A stretch of 41,250 bases of DNA from assembly GCA_021796295.1 (NCBI GenBank), contig JAJYIA010000002.1:1-41250 (forward strand), given 5' to 3'. Numbering within the stretch: the first letter of the stretch is position 1; every line of letters begins with the position of its first letter. The notes under the pieces are model-generated. The model was not told the origin of the DNA and ran no database searches. It was given only the letters and a program-made list of their open reading frames with translations. The DNA is from Candidatus Micrarchaeota archaeon (lineage in GTDB: Archaea > Micrarchaeota > Micrarchaeia > Micrarchaeales > CABMGC01). A program made the translations under genes and the position numbers. Shown piece by piece: positions 34,461-41,197 of the stretch.

Positions 34461-34661
34461 ATGTACCTTATATTGGCATTTCTGACAATTGTGTTAGAGG
34501 TAAGCGCTGCAATATCCAGCGCATCGCTGAACGTCTTCTCTTTACGCATACTGAGAAGGAGGGGTCTGGGGTCTTATCCCAGGCTGAAGGAACCCATTAC
34601 TGGATTCCTGATCCTTGCATTTATATCGTTCTTTGCCTATGTGGTGGTAAAATCAACATAA
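34461..34661 (+). CDS. Hypothetical 66-aa 2-TM protein
   Basis: The ATG immediately follows the upstream TGA. MYLILAFLTIVLEVSAAISS...RRRG...ITGFLILAFISFFAYVVV. Preferred over the overlapping 153-aa ORF frame. Confidence 0.4.
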   Translation: MYLILAFLTIVLEVSAAISSASLNVFSLRILRRRGLGSYPRLKEPITGFLILAFISFFAYVVVKST

Positions 34662-34717
34662 AGCTCGTTTATAGGAAGTATGCGTGGAATCGCAGGGCAG
34701 CGATAGCACTGACGTTG

Positions 34718-34918
34718 ATGGGACTTCTCTGTACTGCGTTTATAATGATGCTCACGTTCACGAGGGCGGCACTGAGCTTTGCTAAGGTCCTCGCCGGCCT
34801 TTCTCTCTTTCTGCTTGCATTTACTGTGCGCCTGGCACGCGGCGTAAGGCATGAAAAGGCGCTCTGGCTCTCGGCTGCTCTCAGTCTTCTTCTTCTGTTG
34901 CTCATCATAGAGGCGTAA
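34718..34918 (+). CDS. Hypothetical 66-aa membrane protein
   Basis: MGLLCTAFIMMLTFTRAALSFAKVLAGLSLFLLAFTVRLARGVRHEKALWLSAALSLLLLLLIIEA is the hydrophobic C-terminal part of the tracked ORF 34457-34918. The start is uncertain. Confidence 0.3.
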   Translation: MGLLCTAFIMMLTFTRAALSFAKVLAGLSLFLLAFTVRLARGVRHEKALWLSAALSLLLLLLIIEA

Positions 34919-34999
34919 TGCATGCTGCATATGTACGAATTCGAATCAATACCGCAAAATGTCAGGTGCACGCGCTTTCTTGAAGTGAGACAAAAGTGC

Positions 35000-36217
35000 T
35001 TATATGGCAAGGCGCCTCTGCCTGAGTATATTCCTGAGAAGCATGCTGTTTTTTACCCATTCGACAACAGGGATATCGAGCAGGGCTGAGGCGTGCTTCA
35101 GCACGCCTTCCACGCTTTCAAATGCCTTGGGAGCCTTCCTGAGGGTTTCGCGCACATGCTCCCTCACATTCCATACTCCAACAGGCATTATATATCCCTG
35201 GTGGACCTCGCGCAGTATGACGACCTTTGCCTGTGACTTGCAGCTGTCAAGGAGCTCGCTTACTGCAAGCCTTGCAGCATAATAGCATCCGCCTATTTCG
35301 GCGTAGGTCTTTCTGCCGTTGTAGGATTCATATGATGAGCCCATGTCTATCTCTGTGCCGTTCAGGTTCCACGTTGTGTTGGGGTACCATGCCTCTATGG
35401 ATTCGTATTCCCATGATCCTGGAAACATAATGATTACCCATCTGTTGTCCAGTGCGATATTTTCATATACCCTTATGCCGGCTATAGGATTGTATTCCTT
35501 AATAGACATAAGCTTCTGCTTCGAGAGCGTATCGTCAACTGCAGTTATGCTCCACCGCGTAGGCACGAACCTCCTCTTTTTGCCGCGCCCGAGCAGGCCG
35601 GCTGAGAGGGCCTTCTGTATCTTTGATACAAGCACGCCCTTTACATAAAGCTCCCCTATTGCTTCAGAGGCAGGCATGCTGCTGTCAGAATATGCCTTCT
35701 CTATATTCTTCTCCGCATTTGAGTTGCCGAGCTCAATCCTTTCGATGGGCGCGCTGGGCCCGAAAGGCTGTGTATTCTCGCTTAGGTTCATACTCAGATT
35801 GGGCATCCTTGAAAGCTTCATCTCTACATCGGTGTGCCTTTCTGCCAGTGCTATTTCGGCAAGCACGTCTTCTATTCTGCCGCTGCCAACGCTTGTGACT
35901 TTCGTACGGTGCATGCCGCGTATCAGCAGCGATCTCAGTTCCACTATCTCAGGTATGCTCTTCCCTACCCACTTTTCAGGCGTTCCCAATATCTCGGTGT
36001 TGCCTACCTGAGGGGGCACAAGTGGCCCTATGTACACATTGGGATAGCCGATCCTGCCAACAAAGAGGTCAGGCGGAGATGAGCCATACACCTCTCTCTC
36101 CTTCATCAGCTCGATTGTTTTAAATCTGTAATAATCCTTCAGAAGATAGGGGTTGCGCATATTCCTGTAGACTTTGTCGCTTCTGATAATGTTGAGGCCT
36201 TCGGACATAAGGCACAC
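35000..36217 (-). CDS. Nre-family DNA repair protein (DUF650/DUF651, NreA-like)
   Basis: YGSSPPDLFVGRIGYPNVYIGPLVPP, RFVPTRWSITAVDD and GGCYYAARLAV are remembered hallmarks of the archaeal Nre family. About 400 aa. Confidence 0.65.
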   Translation of the reverse strand: MCLMSEGLNIIRSDKVYRNMRNPYLLKDYYRFKTIELMKEREVYGSSPPDLFVGRIGYPNVYIGPLVPPQVGNTEILGTPEKWVGKSIPEIVELRSLLIRGMHRTKVTSVGSGRIEDVLAEIALAERHTDVEMKLSRMPNLSMNLSENTQPFGPSAPIERIELGNSNAEKNIEKAYSDSSMPASEAIGELYVKGVLVSKIQKALSAGLLGRGKKRRFVPTRWSITAVDDTLSKQKLMSIKEYNPIAGIRVYENIALDNRWVIIMFPGSWEYESIEAWYPNTTWNLNGTEIDMGSSYESYNGRKTYAEIGGCYYAARLAVSELLDSCKSQAKVVILREVHQGYIMPVGVWNVREHVRETLRKAPKAFESVEGVLKHASALLDIPVVEWVKNSMLLRNILRQRRLAI

Positions 36218-36293
36218 CTGGTTTTGTTATTGGTTTTGGCTGCCTGCATATAAAAATCCTATTGTGGATATTGCGTGCATGGGCTACATGCTT

Positions 36294-36346
36294 TCACCTA
36301 GACTCTCGACAAGGAGGCCCATACGCTTTAGCCGTGGGTAGTTTAC
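36294..36346 (-). repeat. Short stop-codon-associated hairpin element, copy C
   Basis: The minus strand reads ..GTT GTA AAG TAA ACT ACC CAC GGC TAA AGC GTA TGG GCC TCC TTG TCG AGA GTC TAG GTG A. It starts on the TAA stop of the 36343-36939 gene and ends in GGTGA. Confidence 0.8.
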
Positions 36347-36939
36347 TTTACAACTTCTGATGCTATTTCGTAGGCGCGCATGCTGTCCAGCCTGTCTATT
36401 ACAAATATATTATCTGTGTAGCATGAGATCATGCCTATCACGTTTATGTTGTACTCTGCAAAGAGCGATGTTACGAACGCCATTACGCCAGGCACGCTCT
36501 CCACGCTCTCCCCCGAGCGTATTATAATGGCAGAGCAGTTTTCGTGCTTTTTAACTATCTGCCTGTGCTCCTTCAGCGCCCTTGCCTGTTCTGGGCTGAA
36601 AAGGTAGACGAAATAGTCGCCCATTTTTACTTTTGCTAAGTTCTGGGCTACAATCTCCTTGTCCATGACTATGAGCGAAACTCCGTCTATGAGGGTTATG
36701 GAATTGCCCTTCAGTACCGAGAGTGCCTTTGCCTCTATGCCGAACTCTGCCCTCCTCAGCTCCATAGAATATCTGCGCAGTGCGGCCTTTATGGCTGCAT
36801 AGTTTTTTATGCTGAGCGATTTGCCTATTATTCTTGAAAGGGCGCTCAGGTTCACTATGCCGCTTTCCATGGCCTCAAGAATATACGGCTTGTTCTTAAG
36901 ATACATTCTTACAACGTTAGCTATGGCCATTGTAATCAT
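36343..36939 (-). CDS. Putative ACT-domain protein with an N-terminal HTH-like region
   Basis: The C-terminal SAIIIRSGESVESVPGVMAFVTSLFAEYNINVIGMISCYTDNIFVIDRLD looks like an ACT fold. The N-terminal segment is HTH-like. Confidence 0.5.
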   Translation of the reverse strand: MITMAIANVVRMYLKNKPYILEAMESGIVNLSALSRIIGKSLSIKNYAAIKAALRRYSMELRRAEFGIEAKALSVLKGNSITLIDGVSLIVMDKEIVAQNLAKVKMGDYFVYLFSPEQARALKEHRQIVKKHENCSAIIIRSGESVESVPGVMAFVTSLFAEYNINVIGMISCYTDNIFVIDRLDSMRAYEIASEVVK

Positions 36940-37094
36940 CCGCTTTTATTGCATATATGAAACGCATGCGTATCTCCATATATTTAATGCATATTTATAT
37001 AATTATGTATCAAAAAATACAAAAAAGTTCCGATTATTCTTATGTATGCCGAGCTATGCGTTTTCTGCCAAGATTACATGGTATCGAGGTTACA

Positions 37095-37130
37095 TATAAA
37101 ATAAGGGGGCTTGTGCCCCCTTATTTTATA
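37095..37130. repeat. Perfect 36-nt palindrome (16-bp stem, TTGT loop) at the truncation point of an IS110 remnant
   Basis: TATAAAATAAGGGGGC-TTGT-GCCCCCTTATTTTATA. Confidence 0.85.
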
Positions 37131-37139
37131 GTAAGGACA

Positions 37140-37229
37140 GGTAGCAAAAAGGCAAGAGTTGCAGCTGCAAGGCATCTGCTCAGAATCATTTATTGTATGC
37201 TCAAGGACCAACGAAATTACAGACCTTGA
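37140..37229 (+). pseudogene. IS110-family transposase, last ~29 codons only
   Basis: GSKKARVAAARHLLRIIYCMLKDQRNYRP* matches the conserved IS110 C-terminal helix (KK.A.VA.ARKLL.IIY.MLK....Y). Nothing transposase-like lies upstream. Confidence 0.6.
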
Positions 37230-37300
37230 GGGAAAGGAGGGGCGTTGAGTGACATCCTGTCGTTCTAGCGACGTGTGTGGAGACTAACGCCCTCTTTCCC
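37230..37300 (+). other. 71-nt imperfect hairpin immediately 3' of the IS110 remnant
   Basis: GGGAAAGGAGGGGCGTT-N39-AACGCCCTCTTTCCC gives about 15 bp with two single-G bulges. Confidence 0.6.
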
Positions 37301-37456
37301 ATAATTCAAGTCAGAATATCGACATGCGATGGGTAGTAGAGCATTATGAATGTGGTGTAAAGGTATAAAAGATTGTAAGGTGAGATGTGAGTTAACCTGG
37401 AAGTATTATTGACTGCGGCGTCCTGCTGCAGTCAAATCAACATAGTAGGATGTCAC

Positions 37457-38551
37457 ATGGATAGGCTTCTGGAGGCTAAGCTGAAAAAGGTTTTTGGTTC
37501 AGTTGGTAGCGTTGAAAGGATACTTTTGATGAACACAGAAAATGCAGATCCTAACTTTATGTATATGACGGGATTTACAAGCGGCCTTTTTGAATACAGC
37601 TATCTCCTGCTGAAAAGAAACAGCATCACGCTCTTTACATCTTCGCTTGAGTATGATACGGCAAGAAAGGAAGCGAAGGAAGGCATGAAAATTGTAAAGA
37701 TAGGAAGCGCCCAGGCACTGAGGAAGGCTATGAAAGATGAGCTAGGCAGGCATACTATAGGGCTTAACGAATCGTTTATACCTTATGCATTATACAAATC
37801 GATCAGGGAAAAATACGCGCCTGAAAAAATTATAGACATATCGGGTGCTTTTCTGAAGGCCAGGATGATAAAGGACAATGAAGAGCTTGAAATGGTACGC
37901 AAAGCAGCATCTATAACAAAATGGGCCATGATGCTTATCCAGAAAGAATTTAAAGAGGGCATAAGTGAGCTGGAGCTTGCTGCGAAGTTTGACAGCATAT
38001 CCGCCTCGCTGGGCTCAGCTGGGCCTTCCTTCAGAACAATAGTCTGTTTTGGCGAGAATGCAGCATACCCCCACCACTTTCCGAATTCAACAAGACTTAA
38101 ATATGGCGATTTTATACTGATAGATGCAGGGGCAAAAGCAGAGAACTATTGCTCTGACATAACAAGGACATTCATATTTGGTGACAACAGCAAAAAGCCC
38201 ATGGACAGGTATGAGAAAAAGAATGAGATGTACAGGATTGTGAAGGAGGCGCAGCTGGGTGCAATAAGGAAGATAAAGCCCGGTGCACTTGGAAGAAATA
38301 TACACGGTGCTGCAAGCAAGGTTATAGATACCTCTGTAAAAGGCGCTTACAAAGGAAGGTTTATACATTCGCTGGGGCATTCTATAGGCGTAGAGGTGCA
38401 CGACGGCGAGGGCTTCTCGCCCAAATCCAAATTGGTTCTTAAGCCTGGCATGATAATAACTGTAGAGCCGGGCATATATATACCTGGATTTGGAGGCGTA
38501 AGAATAGAGGATGACGTCTTAGTTACAAAAAACGGGGCTCTTGTTTTATAA
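37457..38551 (+). CDS. M24B Xaa-Pro aminopeptidase/dipeptidase
   Basis: YPHHFP, FILIDAGAKAENYCSDITRTF, HSLGHSIGVEVHD and ITVEPGIYIPGFGGVRIEDDVLVT are the metal ligands of the M24 family. The ATG at 37457 follows AGGA. Confidence 0.85.
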   Translation: MDRLLEAKLKKVFGSVGSVERILLMNTENADPNFMYMTGFTSGLFEYSYLLLKRNSITLFTSSLEYDTARKEAKEGMKIVKIGSAQALRKAMKDELGRHTIGLNESFIPYALYKSIREKYAPEKIIDISGAFLKARMIKDNEELEMVRKAASITKWAMMLIQKEFKEGISELELAAKFDSISASLGSAGPSFRTIVCFGENAAYPHHFPNSTRLKYGDFILIDAGAKAENYCSDITRTFIFGDNSKKPMDRYEKKNEMYRIVKEAQLGAIRKIKPGALGRNIHGAASKVIDTSVKGAYKGRFIHSLGHSIGVEVHDGEGFSPKSKLVLKPGMIITVEPGIYIPGFGGVRIEDDVLVTKNGALVL

Positions 38552-38624
38552 GGGGAGTTATGCTAGCTTGGTAGGCTTCCACCTTCGGGAGGTGGCGACC
38601 CGCGTTCAAATCGCGGACTCCCCG
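38552..38624 (+). tRNA. tRNA-Pro (anticodon CGG)
   Basis: GGGGAGT-TA-TGCT-AGCTTGGTA-GGCT-T-CCACC-TTCGGGA-GGTGG-CGAC-CCGCG-TTCAAAT-CGCGG-ACTCCCC-G. It starts directly after the peptidase stop. Confidence 0.8.
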
Positions 38625-38737
38625 TTTACAATTCACGAAGGGGGGTGTATTCAATGGAGACCAATATGACGCTTAAAAACAGTACATAAACAGAACATAT
38701 TTAAATTATAAGTTGCATAATATTATTTAGTGATGAG

Positions 38738-38980
38738 ATGAATGTTACTTTAAGAGGTAGGATACGACAAATTCTTGACAGTATGGTTGAGGAAGGATAC
38801 GCCAATACCAAATCTGAGGCAATAAGACTTGCAATACTTAACTTTGGAGAGGAGCATATCAATGAGGAGATTATGATTAAAGAGAAGCTAGACAAAATAA
38901 ATAAAGAAATAAAAGAAGGGAAACGGAAATTGCTAAGTTCAAGAGAGGCTTTGGGTGTTTATGCAAAATACGCTAAGTAA
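38738..38980 (+). CDS. Ribbon-helix-helix (CopG-like) antitoxin candidate
   Basis: MNVTLRGRIRQILDSMVEEGYANTKSEAIRLAILNF fits the RHH pattern (beta strand, then ..l..lv..G.y.s.SE.iR.A). The tail is coiled-coil. It lies upstream of a RelE-like ORF. Confidence 0.6.
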   Translation: MNVTLRGRIRQILDSMVEEGYANTKSEAIRLAILNFGEEHINEEIMIKEKLDKINKEIKEGKRKLLSSREALGVYAKYAK

Positions 38981-39236
38981 ACTACCGTTAGAGCCAGTTT
39001 ACAATGGCTCCGTCTTGGGAAAACTGGCAACAACAGTTGCCGCTCCGAAGACGATTTTGCATGGCCAGTTGCGATTTAGGATTTTACGTCGGCCATACAA
39101 CCTCATACCCTATATCCATATCCACACAGGATATTTCACCAAGAACATGATGCACTACGAAATATATAATACTAACTACTCGACAATTCCTCCCACCGCT
39201 AAAGCGTGTGGGCTTCCTTGTCGAGAGTTTAGGTGA
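38977..39236 (+). repeat. Composite repeat: short hairpin element (copy D) interrupted after GTAAACTACC by a 204-nt insert containing module 'M' (38987-39136)
   Basis: GTAAACTACC | GTTAGAGCC...(M)...CAATTCCT | CCCACCGCTAAAGCGTGTGGGCTTCCTTGTCGAGAGTTTAGGTGA. Its first TAA is the antitoxin stop. The GTG of its terminal GGTGA is the tracked start of the toxin ORF. Confidence 0.8.
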
Positions 39237-39502
39237 TAAACACGTACGAAGCCGAATACGACCAGGAGTGGTCTGAATATTTTCAGTCTTTGGACGAGAG
39301 TATTAAGCTTAGAATTGCCAAGAAGATTGGAAAAATTCTAAATTATCCTAATAAAAGGCATTTAAGGAAAAGTTTATTTTTTGTTGATGAATTAGGACAG
39401 TATAGGATTATATACATGGTTTTTGAAGAAAGTAAACGAGTAAGGTTCTTTTTTGTCGGCACTCATAAGGAGTATGAGAAATGGTACAAGCAAGCTTTTT
39501 GA
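39233..39502 (+). CDS. RelE/ParE-family toxin candidate
   Basis: ..IKLRIAKKIGKILNYP.....LRKSLFFVDELGQYRIIYMVFEESKRVRFFFVGTHKEYEKWY follows the RelE/ParE pattern (..yRiiY.i.e....v.i..vg.Rke.Y). Confidence 0.6.
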   Translation: MINTYEAEYDQEWSEYFQSLDESIKLRIAKKIGKILNYPNKRHLRKSLFFVDELGQYRIIYMVFEESKRVRFFFVGTHKEYEKWYKQAF

Positions 39503-39612
39503 TACACTCATAATGCGATGTCAGACTTGAATTCACATGCAATTAGTATGTAGGCTCTCTTTTTAGCCATTTTCTCGACGTTAACCTGCAATGACACCGG
39601 CTTTGAGACAGA

Positions 39613-41197
39613 TTAACCCCTAACTCCGCTGATCGTTGGTAATATGTATCTCAAGTTTTTCAATGAGATTGGCAGTTTTCCTTGGTACCTCTGAAGTAAT
39701 CCACTTGTCACCAATCTTCAATTTATGTACCCGTTCAAGATGTAGTAAAACGTCTTTTATCGAATATTTTTTGAGCACCTTCTTATCAACAAGAAGGTTG
39801 TATATCTTATAGTAGAGAAGTATCGCTACAAAGTTGATAAACATCCATCCTTCCAACTGATAATCGTCACGCATGTAAGAACGGTCTGCCTCTAATGTGT
39901 TCTTGAAGGTATCGTACAATTGCTCAATGTTGACTCTTTGTTTTAGGAATGAGTAAACATCTTCTCCACAGTTAGTCTGCAAATCTGTTATTATGGCTAT
40001 TGTGCCCATCCTGTGATTCATCTCATAAAACTGTTCCCTGCTTTTGTCTTGTTCATCTTTACTCTTTTCTTCATCGTTAGCTCTTTGAATTGCATCTTTC
40101 ATTTCTTCTGTCTTGAGTTTTTCATCGAGAAAAAGAAACACCTTTCTTTTGTCCAGACTGTATGAATAATAATGGATTGGCCTTCTTTCGAAAATGAAAT
40201 GGCCACTAAATCTGCGCATATCTCCGCTTCGAACAGTGTCGTAGTTTACGAGTGAACTGTCACGTTTGAGAGGAAGTATGTAATGAAGCCCTTCTTTTTC
40301 AAGGTCGTTGACGTTATTTATTGAGTAGAAGCCTTTATCACCAACCAATACTACATCTTTTATGCCGCTTTCCTTTATACTTCGTGACAATGCCGAGACG
40401 CTGGATATAGAACCTACGATAGTCCTGAAATATGCTGGCATACTTCTTGTTAAGTTGAAGAGATAAAGAAGATTCACTTGCGGTGCATAATCTTTTTTGC
40501 TGTTGTAACCAGTCATCTCCGAAACAACATTTTCTGACAACGAGAAGACATGTGTTAGGTCTACAGCCAGATATTCTCCTCCTGTAACAAAATTTGAGAG
40601 GAATTCTATTATCGTACCTCTTTCCGTACCTAATTCTCTTAGTAATCTTCCAATCAATCTGCCATTCATATCTGCATTAATGGTATCATAAATGAATGAC
40701 GTTGTATTAAGAAAGTCTAGATTTTTTATCGGAGAATTACGTAGTAGCCTAAATGCTGCAAATACAAAAATTTCTCTCCAATCATTCGGGAAATACTTCT
40801 TTATGAGATCTATTATATCCTTGTTCAGATCCATCAGGAACTGCGTTGCACCATACTCTTTCACAGTTATTCCGTTCTTTGTTAAGTTATAGAGAACTAC
40901 TTCGTGTTTTGGCGGCACAAGTCCCTCTGCAGTTATCTTGCCCAAATACTTACCACTAATCTTCCTTGCCCTATGTTTGTCTTTGTCCCATACACTGCTT
41001 ACTTCTCTGAGATAATAATTGTCTCCATGTCTTTCTATTGCAGTTCTCTTCCGCTTACGTGACAGCACCCAACTTGGATATTCCATATTACCAATATTAG
41101 TAATATTAATTTATAATACTTTCTGTCTGTTTTGTAGACGCTAGTAGTAGGTAATTTTACTCACCTATTACCAAAAACTAGCTGAGTTAAGGATTAA
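39613..41197 (-). mobile_element. IS1634-like (IS4 superfamily) insertion sequence, apparently intact
   Basis: Imperfect terminal inverted repeats: TTAACCCCTAACTCCGC (39613-39629) against the reverse complement of GCTGAGTTAAGGATTAA (41181-41197), 14/17 matches. They bracket a 488-aa transposase. The element is AT-richer than the core genes. No target duplication is evident. Confidence 0.55.
39620..41086 (-). CDS. IS1634-like DDE transposase
   Basis: The N-terminus YYLREVSSVWDKDKHRARKISGKYLGKI fits the IS1634-type N-domain pattern. DDE candidates are AVDLTH and VLVGDKGFYS, with R-x3-E-x6-K in RVNIEQLYDTFK. Confidence 0.8.
   Translation of the reverse strand: MEYPSWVLSRKRKRTAIERHGDNYYLREVSSVWDKDKHRARKISGKYLGKITAEGLVPPKHEVVLYNLTKNGITVKEYGATQFLMDLNKDIIDLIKKYFPNDWREIFVFAAFRLLRNSPIKNLDFLNTTSFIYDTINADMNGRLIGRLLRELGTERGTIIEFLSNFVTGGEYLAVDLTHVFSLSENVVSEMTGYNSKKDYAPQVNLLYLFNLTRSMPAYFRTIVGSISSVSALSRSIKESGIKDVVLVGDKGFYSINNVNDLEKEGLHYILPLKRDSSLVNYDTVRSGDMRRFSGHFIFERRPIHYYSYSLDKRKVFLFLDEKLKTEEMKDAIQRANDEEKSKDEQDKSREQFYEMNHRMGTIAIITDLQTNCGEDVYSFLKQRVNIEQLYDTFKNTLEADRSYMRDDYQLEGWMFINFVAILLYYKIYNLLVDKKVLKKYSIKDVLLHLERVHKLKIGDKWITSEVPRKTANLIEKLEIHITNDQRS

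Noticed and set aside
34457-34918. Single 153-aa ORF at the end of the operon
   Set aside because: Its first ~85 aa (TTG start) have odd composition. They overlap a cleaner ATG-initiated 66-aa 2-TM ORF (34461-34661) that directly follows the upstream stop. Only its hydrophobic C-terminal 66 aa were kept, as a separate tentative ORF (34718-34918).
586-37229. Idea that the IS110 N-terminal fragment (586-975, minus) and the C-terminal fragment (37140-37229, plus) are halves of one IS split by a ~36.5-kb inversion
   Set aside because: The orientations are compatible with an inversion. However, about 200 codons of the recombinase are missing between the fragments. Also, the sequence adjoining the right breakpoint (36950-37130) does not continue the IS630 fragment that abuts the left one. 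Independent decay of two copies is simpler.
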